From assembly GCA_965214705.1 (NCBI GenBank), contig OZ243972.1:1152001-1216000 (forward strand): a stretch of 64,000 bases of DNA, written 5' to 3'. Position numbers and translations under genes: made by a program. Positions within the stretch are counted from its first letter, which is position 1. Each line of letters starts with the position of its first letter. Below are positions 1 through 7,687 of the stretch, piece after piece. This DNA comes from Alphaproteobacteria bacterium (GTDB lineage: Bacteria; Pseudomonadota; Alphaproteobacteria; UBA828). The notes below the pieces were generated by a model. It saw nothing but the letters and a program-made list of their open reading frames with translations, was not told the DNA's origin and did no database searches.

Positions 1-778
1 GCAGTTCGAGCTCGATTTCGGCTACACCGACCTCGTGGGCATGGCCGACCGGCTGGTGTTCCTGCGGGTGCTGCTGAAGGAGGTCGCCAAGCAACAGGGG
101 CTCTTCGCCACCTACATGCCCAAGCCGACCACTGGCGACTGGCGCTCGGGCGCGCACATCAACTACTCGATGCAGCGAGTCGACAATCCGGGGGCGAACA
201 TCTTCGGCGATCACGACTCAGGTTGGTCGGATGCCGCGTACCACGCGATCGGCGGGCTGCTGCACCACGGCGGCGCGCTCACCGCCCTCACTGCCACGAC
301 CGTCAACTCCTACAACGGGCTGGTGGCCCGGGTCGGCGGCTTCGAGGGCGGCACCGTGACCTGGGCGCCCACTCACATGACCTACGGCAACAACAATCGC
401 TCCGCCATGTTGCGCATGCCGCAGAACCGTTTCTGCATCGAGAACCGTGCGTCCGACCTGTGCATGAACCCGTACCTCGCCCTCGGCATGACCACTGCGG
501 CGGCCGTCAAGGGCGTGATGGAAGAGATCGACCCCGGCCCGCCGCTCAACAAGGACCTCTACGACCTCACCCACGAAGAAATTGTTGCAAGCGGCGGGCA
601 GCGCCTGCCGCGGCATCTGCTGGAAGCAACGGAGATCTTGCGCGACGACCCGCTGGCGGCCGAGGTGCTCGGCTCCCAGATGATGACCTCTTGGTTGCGT
701 TACAAGGTCGACGAGTGGGAGCGCTACCACCAGACGGTGACGGACTGGGAAGTGCAGGAGTATCTCCGGCTCTACTGA
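1..778 (+). CDS. Glutamine synthetase-family protein (GlnA-like gamma-glutamyl-amide ligase), 5' truncated by window edge
   Basis: Frame open from base 2 (QFELDFGYTDLVGMADR). GS catalytic motifs ATYMPKP, SGAHINYS, YGNNNRSAMLR, IENRASD..NPYL, and C-terminal VTDWEVQEY typical of non-canonical GS-like ligases. Confidence 0.85.
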   Translation, partial: QFELDFGYTDLVGMADRLVFLRVLLKEVAKQQGLFATYMPKPTTGDWRSGAHINYSMQRVDNPGANIFGDHDSGWSDAAYHAIGGLLHHGGALTALTATTVNSYNGLVARVGGFEGGTVTWAPTHMTYGNNNRSAMLRMPQNRFCIENRASDLCMNPYLALGMTTAAAVKGVMEEIDPGPPLNKDLYDLTHEEIVASGGQRLPRHLLEATEILRDDPLAAEVLGSQMMTSWLRYKVDEWERYHQTVTDWEVQEYLRLY

Positions 779-790
779 GGGCCATTCATC

Positions 791-1807
791 GTGGCAGCGA
801 ACCACGAGATATTCGAGCTCGGCGACGTAACCCTGCAATCCGGCGTCACGCTGCCGGAAGCCAAGCTCGCTTACAGGACATACGGCTCGCTGAACACCCG
901 TGGCGACAACGCGATCGTCATGCCCACCTTCTATACCGGCACGCACGTCCGCAACGAGGGTCACGTCAGGGCGGTGCCGGCGCTCGATCCGGAGCGTTAC
1001 TTCATCGTGTCGATCAACATGTTTGGCAACGGTCTCTCGTCCTCGCCGAGCAACACACCGCCGCCTTTCGACGGCCCGCGCTTCCCCGCCGTCACTCTGC
1101 ACGACAACGTCGCCTGCCAGCACAGGCTGCTCACCGAGGCGCTCGGCGTCACGCGCATCGCCCTGGTGTTGGGATGGTCCATGGCGGGCTGCCAGTCCTA
1201 CCAGTGGGGTGCGCAGTATCCCGACATGGTGGAGGCCATCCTGCCGTTTTGCGCCTCGGCGCGCACCTCGCCGCACAACAAGGTGTTTCTCGAAGGGGTG
1301 AAGGCGGCGCTCCTGGCCGATAGCACGTTCGCGGGCGGTGACTACACCGCGCCGCCCGAGGCGGGCCTCAGGGCGTTCGCACGGGTCTACGCAGGCTGGG
1401 CGTACTCCCAGACCTTCTATCGCGAGCGGCTCCATTGCCAACTTGGCTTCGAGAGCTGGGAGGAGTTGCTGTTGGATTGGGAGCGCGATCATCTCGAATG
1501 GGACGCCAACGACCTGCTGGCCAAGCTCCAGACCTGGCAGTTGGGCGACATCAGCGCCAACGCACGCTATGAGGGCGACTTCGAACAGGCCCTCGGCGCC
1601 ATCCAGGCGCGGGCGATCCTGGTCCCTTGCACGACCGATCTCTACTTCCCGCCCGAGGACAACGCCATCGAGGCCCGGCATATGCCCAACGCCGATCTTC
1701 GCCCCTTCGAATCGGCCTGGGGCCATTGCGTGGCATCGCCGAGCCGCGAGGGCAGCGGCTTTATGCGCCTCCTCAACGAGTGCGTCGCGGAGTTGCTCGC
1801 CGACTGA
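791..1807 (+). CDS. Alpha/beta hydrolase, homoserine O-acetyltransferase (MetX)-like
   Basis: LAYRTYGSLN, NMFGNGLSSSPSN, nucleophile elbow GWSMAG, D (TDLYFP) and H (WGH) triad residues. Confidence 0.8.
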   Translation: MAANHEIFELGDVTLQSGVTLPEAKLAYRTYGSLNTRGDNAIVMPTFYTGTHVRNEGHVRAVPALDPERYFIVSINMFGNGLSSSPSNTPPPFDGPRFPAVTLHDNVACQHRLLTEALGVTRIALVLGWSMAGCQSYQWGAQYPDMVEAILPFCASARTSPHNKVFLEGVKAALLADSTFAGGDYTAPPEAGLRAFARVYAGWAYSQTFYRERLHCQLGFESWEELLLDWERDHLEWDANDLLAKLQTWQLGDISANARYEGDFEQALGAIQARAILVPCTTDLYFPPEDNAIEARHMPNADLRPFESAWGHCVASPSREGSGFMRLLNECVAELLAD

Positions 1808-1962
1808 GCCCGTCCGCGTCGGCGACTGGATCGCGCGAGGCTTTCGTGGCCGCGTTTCCTTGCGGCACGTAGCGCGCTCTTGTAACTACCGCTCTCGCCA
1901 ACCGGGAGAGCCGCAATGACCCCAACCCACACCCACAAGGGCGAGAACGCTCGCGGATACGC

Positions 1963-3984
1963 ATGAGCGACGCGGTCCGGGTGGGGGTCGAGGTCGGCGG
2001 CACCTTCACCGATCTCGTCGCCTTCGAGAAAGACGGCGTGTGTATCACCAAGGTGCCGAGCACGCCGGCCGCGCCGCACCGCGGCGCCATCGCCGCGCTC
2101 GATGAGTCGGGCCTCGCGCTGGCCGCCGCCGGCGATCTCGTGCACGGCTCGACCGTCGCCACCAACGCGGTGCTGGAGCGCAAGGGCGCCAGGGTCGCGT
2201 TCTTCGCGACCGAGGGCTTCCGCGACCTGCTCACACTGCAACGGCAGAGTCGGCGCTCCATCTACGACATCCACTACCGCAAGCCCGAGCCGGTGGTGCT
2301 GCGCCGCGATACCTTCGAGATTCCCGAGCGCATCGGGCCGGGCGGCGAGGTTGTTACCGCCCTCGACGAAGAGACGGCACGGCATCGCATCGCCCAGGCG
2401 TTGCAGAGCGGAAGCTACGAGTCCGTCGCGATCTGCTTCCTGAACAGCTACGCCAACCCGTCGCATGAACGGCGGGTGGCGGCGATGGTGGCCGAGCGCT
2501 TTCCCGAGGTCGGGATCACCTGTTCCAGCGACGTGACCCGCGAGTTCCGCGAGTACGAGCGCGCCTCGACCACCACGCTCGCTGCCTACGTGCAGCCGGT
2601 CATCGACCACTACTTGAGCGCGTTCGAGCACGCGTTGGACGAGCGGGGTTTCGCGGGCCGCTTCAGCCTCATGCAGTCGAACGGGGGCAGGCTGCCGGCG
2701 CGCGGCATGGCCGGCAACGCGATCACCTCGCTCTATTCGGGACCGGCGGCGGGCGTGATGGGCGCGATACGGCAGGCGGGGCGCTCGGGCTACCGCGACC
2801 TCATCACCTTCGACATGGGGGGCACCAGCACCGACGTGTGCCTGGTGCGGGGCGGGACGCCGGTGCTCACCAGCGACGCCGAGATCGACGGTCTCCCCAT
2901 CCGCATTCCGGTACTCGACATCGTGACTGTCGGCGCAGGCGGCGGCTCGATCGTCTGGCGCGACGACGGCAGCATGTTGCGGGTGGGCCCCCGCTCGGCC
3001 GGCGCCGAGCCCGGCCCCGCCTGCTACCGGCGCGGCGGCGCGGACCCCACGATCACCGACGCACACCTCGTGCGCGGCACCGTGCTCGCCGACACCTTCC
3101 TCGGCGGGCGCATGGATGTCGATCCCGAGCTCGCGCAGGGCGCCTTCGCGGCGTTGGCCGGGCAGTTCGGCTGCAGTGTGGAGCAGATTGCCGACGACGC
3201 GGTTCGGGTGGCCGAGCACAACATCGTCCGCGCCATCCAGCTGGTCTCGACCGAGCGGGGCCGCGATCCGCGCGACTACGTCCTGGTTCCCTTCGGCGGC
3301 GCGGGGCCGTTGCACGCAGTCCGGGTCGCCGAGGTGCTCGGCATTTCCACCATCGTCATTCCGCCCGCGGCCGGCGTGCTCTCCGCCTTCGGCCTCGTCG
3401 CCTCGGACTTCGTGCGCTACGAGAGCCGCACGGTGCGCTTCGCCCTCGACGAGGCGGGCGCCGCGGAGCGCGTGCGCGAGCAGTTCACCGCCATGCGGGC
3501 GGACACGGAGGCGGCCTTCGCGGCGCTCGGCCTCACCAGCGGACTCCGCTACACGCATACGCTGGAGATGCGCTACGTAGGCCAGGCCTTCGAGGTACCG
3601 ATCCCGCTCGGCGAAGAGGAGATCGCGCGCCTCGACGCGGCGCTGCTGCGCGAGCGGTTCAACGAGGCGCATCACCGCATCTTCGAGTTCGACGATTCGC
3701 GTACCAACCGGCCCGAGATCGTCTCCTTTCGGCTCGGCATCGCGTCGCCGCCGCCCGCCGTCCCCGCGCTCGCCGGGACCGACGACGCCCCGCATACGGC
3801 CACCGTCGCGCTTTTCGACGGCGGCGTGCACATTGAGGCCCGCCGGCTCAACCGCAGCGCCCTCAACGATTCTGGAGAGTGCGAGGGGCCGCTGCTCATC
3901 GCGGACGACACGTCCACCGCCTACGTGCCGCCGGGATGGCGCGCTGGGGTGGACACGCACCATAATGTCATCCTGACGCGCTGA
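1963..3984 (+). CDS. Hydantoinase/5-oxoprolinase subunit A (HyuA-like)
   Basis: VEVGGTFTD, HGSTVATNAVLERKG, SGPAAG, DMGGTSTD, GAGGGSI, FGGAGPLH motifs. Confidence 0.92.
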   Translation: MSDAVRVGVEVGGTFTDLVAFEKDGVCITKVPSTPAAPHRGAIAALDESGLALAAAGDLVHGSTVATNAVLERKGARVAFFATEGFRDLLTLQRQSRRSIYDIHYRKPEPVVLRRDTFEIPERIGPGGEVVTALDEETARHRIAQALQSGSYESVAICFLNSYANPSHERRVAAMVAERFPEVGITCSSDVTREFREYERASTTTLAAYVQPVIDHYLSAFEHALDERGFAGRFSLMQSNGGRLPARGMAGNAITSLYSGPAAGVMGAIRQAGRSGYRDLITFDMGGTSTDVCLVRGGTPVLTSDAEIDGLPIRIPVLDIVTVGAGGGSIVWRDDGSMLRVGPRSAGAEPGPACYRRGGADPTITDAHLVRGTVLADTFLGGRMDVDPELAQGAFAALAGQFGCSVEQIADDAVRVAEHNIVRAIQLVSTERGRDPRDYVLVPFGGAGPLHAVRVAEVLGISTIVIPPAAGVLSAFGLVASDFVRYESRTVRFALDEAGAAERVREQFTAMRADTEAAFAALGLTSGLRYTHTLEMRYVGQAFEVPIPLGEEEIARLDAALLRERFNEAHHRIFEFDDSRTNRPEIVSFRLGIASPPPAVPALAGTDDAPHTATVALFDGGVHIEARRLNRSALNDSGECEGPLLIADDTSTAYVPPGWRAGVDTHHNVILTR

Positions 3985-4023
3985 GCTCAGGACGGCGCGC
4001 GGAGAGCCACGAAGGACGAGCCC

Positions 4024-5655
4024 ATGGCGCTCGATCAGGTCGACCAGGCGATCATCTCCCAGGCGTTGATCGCCGCCGCGAAGGAAATGGGGATCAAGCT
4101 CGTGCGCTCGGCGTATTCGCCAATCGTGCGCGAGGCCAATGACTGCTCCGCCGCGCTGCTCGATGCCGAGGGCAGCGTGGTGAGCCAGGCGGAGCTCATC
4201 CCGATGCAGCTCGGCCCCATCGGCACCACGTTCCGCCCCTGCGCCGAGCTCTATCCGCCCGAGACGCTGGAGCCCGGCGACTTCTACATCAACAACGACC
4301 CCTATAACGGCGGGCAGCATGTCCCCGATATCTTCATCTTCACGCCCATTTTCTTCGGTGACAGGCTGGTGGGCTTCAGCGCGACCGTCGCCCATCACCT
4401 CGACCTCGGCGGCGGCGCGCCGGGCCTCAACATGGCGGCCGGAGACGTCCACCAAGAGGGCCTGATCTTTCCGCCGAGCCGCTACAACGTGAACCGCGAC
4501 TGGAACGGCGGCCCCTTCGAGCGCTTGGTGCGTGCCAACGTGCGCGTGCCCGAGAAGACCATCGGGGACTGCAACGCGCAGTTCGCGGCCAATGGGGTCG
4601 GCGCGCGGCGCGTGATCGAGCTCTGCGAGAAGTTCGGCGCGGACATGGTCACCGAGGCGATGCAAGGGCTGCTCGATTACGCCGAGCAGCGTATGCGCGC
4701 GGCCATCGCCGCCGCGCCCGACGGCGTTTACGTGGGCGAGGACCAGCTCGACAGCGACGGCGAGAACGACGAGCCGCTCCCGGTGCGCGCGCGGGTGGAG
4801 ATCGCGGGCGATACCGTCTCGGTCGACTACGCGGGCACCTGCGACCAGGTGCGGACCAATGTGAACTGCCCCTTTGCATCGACCATTGCGGCGGGGCTCT
4901 CGTGCGTGAAGTCGGTGCTCACGAGCCCCGACATCCCCTTCAACGAGGGCGCGAAGCGGCCCATCAGCATCACCGCGCCCTATGGCTCGCTGCTCAACCC
5001 GCGGCCCCCGGCGCCGGTGCGTGCGCGTATGCTGTCCGCCTATCGCGCCTACAACGCGGTGATGAAGGCGCTTGCCGACGCGGTGCCCGAGCGGGTGATG
5101 GCGGCGGGCTTCGATACCACGCACGCGACCTGCATGTCCCACTTGGGTGAGGAGGGGTACGGCATCTATCTCGAAATCTTCGGCGGCGGCTATGGTGCAA
5201 GCGCCGTGGGCGACGGTTGCGACGCGGTGGACAGCCCGCTTTCCAACTGCTCGAACATCCCCATCGAGGCCATCGACATGGAGCACCCGTTCTTCCGGGT
5301 GTCGGAGTACGCGCTGGTGGCGGGCTCGGGCGGTGGCGGCGAACACCGGGGCGGACTCGGGGTCCGGCGCGTCTACGAGGTGCTGGCCGACGACGTCGAG
5401 TACCAGTCCTACTCCGATCGCTTCACGATCCCGCCCGAGGGGCTTTTCGACGGCGATGACGGTGGCGCAGCGTCGGTCAGCGTGCTGCGCGGCAACGAGA
5501 AGTTCGTGCTCGGCTCGAAGACGAGCTTCCGGCTGAAGAAGGGTGACCGCGTGGTGATGAGCACCGGCGGCGGCGCGGGCTACGGCGAGCCGGGCCAGCG
5601 CTCGGCCGAGCGGATCGCGCAGGACCGCGAGGGCGGCGCGCTCGCGGCGTCTTAG
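4024..5655 (+). CDS. Hydantoinase B/oxoprolinase subunit (HyuB-like)
   Basis: AYSPIVREANDCS, NDPYNGGQHVPD, HHLDLGG, GGGEHRGGLG, GGGAGYG motifs; 39 bp downstream of subunit A. Confidence 0.92.
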   Translation: MALDQVDQAIISQALIAAAKEMGIKLVRSAYSPIVREANDCSAALLDAEGSVVSQAELIPMQLGPIGTTFRPCAELYPPETLEPGDFYINNDPYNGGQHVPDIFIFTPIFFGDRLVGFSATVAHHLDLGGGAPGLNMAAGDVHQEGLIFPPSRYNVNRDWNGGPFERLVRANVRVPEKTIGDCNAQFAANGVGARRVIELCEKFGADMVTEAMQGLLDYAEQRMRAAIAAAPDGVYVGEDQLDSDGENDEPLPVRARVEIAGDTVSVDYAGTCDQVRTNVNCPFASTIAAGLSCVKSVLTSPDIPFNEGAKRPISITAPYGSLLNPRPPAPVRARMLSAYRAYNAVMKALADAVPERVMAAGFDTTHATCMSHLGEEGYGIYLEIFGGGYGASAVGDGCDAVDSPLSNCSNIPIEAIDMEHPFFRVSEYALVAGSGGGGEHRGGLGVRRVYEVLADDVEYQSYSDRFTIPPEGLFDGDDGGAASVSVLRGNEKFVLGSKTSFRLKKGDRVVMSTGGGAGYGEPGQRSAERIAQDREGGALAAS

Positions 5656-5698
5656 CAAAGAAATCTCTGAGGCGGAGTTTCGCGAATATCCCATAACT

Positions 5699-5706
5699 TA
5701 ATTTTA
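5699..5706 (+). repeat. 8-bp target-site duplication TAATTTTA (second copy 10099-10106)
   Basis: Identical 8-mer immediately outside both TIRs; 8-bp AT-rich TSDs are typical of IS1595-family elements. Confidence 0.9.
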
Positions 5707-5731
5707 GGGACTTATACGCCTAACTAGCCAA
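5707..5731 (+). repeat. Left terminal inverted repeat (25 bp)
   Basis: GGGACTTATACGCCTAACTAGCCAA, exact reverse complement of 10074-10098. Confidence 0.95.
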
Positions 5732-5738
5732 TTTGTCA

Positions 5739-5770
5739 TTGACCAGCCCGCCTATTTGTGACACTATGCT
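5739..5770 (+). promoter_or_regulatory. Putative sigma70 promoter of the transposase
   Basis: TTGACC (5739-5744), then 17 nt, then CACTAT (5762-5767); GGAGG SD at 5781-5785. Confidence 0.45.
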
Positions 5771-5790
5771 AGCCAAGATTGGAGGCTGGC

Positions 5791-6759
5791 ATGACACAGA
5801 AGGCACCCGGACGCTCCCACCGCACTGGCATGACGGTCATGGAGCTGCTGCGGAAGTTCCCCGATGATGAGGCCGCCGAGAAGTGGTTTGAAGCCCAGCG
5901 CTGGCCCGAGGGCCGCTTCTGCCCCGATTGCGGGTCCACCAACACCGTGGCCGTCGCAAGCCGGAAGCCCATGCCCTACCGCTGCCGGGACTGCCGACAT
6001 CACTTCTCAGTCCGCAAGGGCACGGTCATGCAATCCTCGAAGCTCGGGCTCCAGAAGTGGGCCATCGCGCTCTACATGATGACCACGGGCATTAAGGGCA
6101 CGTCGAGCATGAAGCTCTATCGCGAGGTTGGCATCCGCCAGGCCACCGCGTGGTTCCTGATGCAGCGCATCCGCGAGGGTTTCATCGAAGGCGAGAACAA
6201 GCCCTTCCCCGGCCCCGTCGAGGTGGATGAGACCTTCATCGGAGGCAAGGAGAAGAACAAGCACGCGCGCAAGAAGCTGCGCGCCGGCCGGGGCGGGGTC
6301 GGCAAGACAGTGGTCGCAGGCGCCAAGGATCGCGCCAGCAAGCGCGTTTCAGCCGAGATCGTTCCCGATACCACCCGCCTGACACTGAGCGGCTTTGTGA
6401 GCGCCCATGCGGCGCCTGACGCCACGGTCTACACCGACGAGTCCAAGAGCTACTCAGGCCTGCCTCACCATGAGAGTGTCGTGCATTCACGCGGTGAGTA
6501 CGTTCGCGGCGACGCGCACACGAACGGCATTGAGTCGTTCTGGAGCCTCTTCAAGCGCGGCTACCACGGCACCTTCCACAAGATCAGCCCGAAGCATCTT
6601 GATCGGTACGTCCGGGAATTCACGGGCCGCAACAATATCCGCGACCTCGACACCATCGACCAGATGGCAGCACTGGTGAGGGGCATGACGGGGAAGCGGC
6701 TGCGCTACCGTGAACTGATCGCGGACAACGGCCTGTCCAGCGGCGCGCGGTCGTGCTAG
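5791..6759 (+). CDS. IS1595-family (ISXO2-type DDE) transposase
   Basis: N-terminal zinc ribbon CPDC..CRDC, HTH region, VEVDETFIGG, YTDESKSY, HTNGIESFWS, YVREFTGRNN; SD GGAGG before ATG 5791. Confidence 0.95.
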   Translation: MTQKAPGRSHRTGMTVMELLRKFPDDEAAEKWFEAQRWPEGRFCPDCGSTNTVAVASRKPMPYRCRDCRHHFSVRKGTVMQSSKLGLQKWAIALYMMTTGIKGTSSMKLYREVGIRQATAWFLMQRIREGFIEGENKPFPGPVEVDETFIGGKEKNKHARKKLRAGRGGVGKTVVAGAKDRASKRVSAEIVPDTTRLTLSGFVSAHAAPDATVYTDESKSYSGLPHHESVVHSRGEYVRGDAHTNGIESFWSLFKRGYHGTFHKISPKHLDRYVREFTGRNNIRDLDTIDQMAALVRGMTGKRLRYRELIADNGLSSGARSC

Positions 6760-6799
6760 GCGCCACTTACTTGATCAATTTCAAACGCTGCAGGTCGCC

Positions 6800-6994
6800 T
6801 TAGACCCGTTCTTTGCAACCGGCCTGCGCGAGAACGCTATTCGCCGTCTTCTTGCTGAGAATCTTGCTCGGAACCGTGATGCGCTTCCCCGTCTTTCCAT
6901 GCTCCCACCGCTCGTGACTGGATTTGCGGTGTCGAATCTTGGACCATCCGGCCTTCTTGATGAGGCTCTTGACCCCTCGCGCGTAGTCGGCCAT
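6800..6994 (-). CDS. hicA: HicA-like mRNA interferase toxin (64 aa)
   Basis: Small basic protein LIKKAGWSKIRHRKSSHERWEH..RITVP..TANSVLAQAG matches the HicA dsRBD-like pattern with the conserved His. Confidence 0.8.
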   Translation of the reverse strand: MADYARGVKSLIKKAGWSKIRHRKSSHERWEHGKTGKRITVPSKILSKKTANSVLAQAGCKERV

Positions 6995-7003
6995 GTCGGT
7001 GAT

Positions 7004-7366
7004 CTAACCGCTGACCGCGTGAGCGTCCTCGACCATATAGCGATGTGGGCGCTGAATAGCTCGAGATAGCTGCGGCGCACCCCTCTTGGCGATGGCGGGC
7101 TGAGGCTCGGGAAACTGAACCTTCACGAGTGCCGCTTCACCCTCTGGCAGACCGATATTGTGGTCGATCAGGTGGGGTGCCTCTTGCATGAGGGCGTCAA
7201 GGAATTCCCCCTTGGTGGCAGCTTCCAAGGTCAGCCCGGGGATATCCTCACTCGTTCCGACATACACGCCCCCTTCCGGGCACCAGACCACGTCGACCAC
7301 ATACATCCGAGCATCACCGATGATGCTCGGATCATCGGTGGGCGTGGATCGGCGTTTGTCTTGCAT
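7004..7366 (-). CDS. HicB-like / DUF1902 antitoxin
   Basis: VVWCPEGGVYVGTSEDIPGLTLEAAT..EFLDAL is the HicB/DUF1902 partial RNase H fold signature; 9 bp upstream of hicA. Alternative start at 7306. Confidence 0.75.
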   Translation of the reverse strand: MQDKRRSTPTDDPSIIGDARMYVVDVVWCPEGGVYVGTSEDIPGLTLEAATKGEFLDALMQEAPHLIDHNIGLPEGEAALVKVQFPEPQPAIAKRGAPQLSRAIQRPHRYMVEDAHAVSG

Positions 7367-7460
7367 GATGTCATGATCCTCTCATTCTAGTGCCGTCGAA
7401 GCTGGATGATCGGCTCGACGACGGCGGCTGCGGACGATGATGAATCTTCATCGTTCGCAA

Positions 7461-7485
7461 ATAGACCCCACTAGGTGGGGTCTAT
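7461..7485. promoter_or_regulatory. Perfect 11-bp inverted repeat (candidate operator) upstream of the antitoxin gene
   Basis: ATAGACCCCAC-TAG-GTGGGGTCTAT. Confidence 0.55.
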
Positions 7486-7514
7486 CATCATCATGTCGAC
7501 ATGACGTCAGATCG

Positions 7515-7670
7515 TCAATCGGACGAAGCCGTGTCTTCGGTCGCGTCTTCGTCCGATGTAGCATTCTCGTCATCGGACGGATACTTCGGCGCCCGCCTGT
7601 CCGCCGCATCAGCGTGCGCCCGGCGCATCGCCAGGGTAAGCAAATCTGCCTCGCCGGTGGTCTTCGCCAT
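7515..7670 (-). CDS. Small hypothetical protein (51 aa, acidic tail), not in ORF track
   Basis: Hand translation MAKTTGEADLLTLAMRRAHADAADRRAPKYPSDDENATSDEDATEDTASSD*; starts 17 bp after the lipoprotein stop on the same strand. Confidence 0.45.
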   Translation of the reverse strand: MAKTTGEADLLTLAMRRAHADAADRRAPKYPSDDENATSDEDATEDTASSD

Positions 7671-7687
7671 GTCTTGAGTCCCGATGG

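Noticed and set aside
1642-5694. 1350-aa minus-strand ORF
   Set aside because: Antisense shadow of the hydantoinase A/B genes; R/A/G-rich with no motifs, as expected at high GC.
5686-5706. dif-like appearance of the reconstructed empty IS target (reverse strand GGCCGCCTAA-AATTAAG-TTATGGGATAT)
   Set aside because: Only TTATGG of the XerD arm matches well; the XerC arm and spacer length fit poorly. Cannot be supported without genome-wide skew data.
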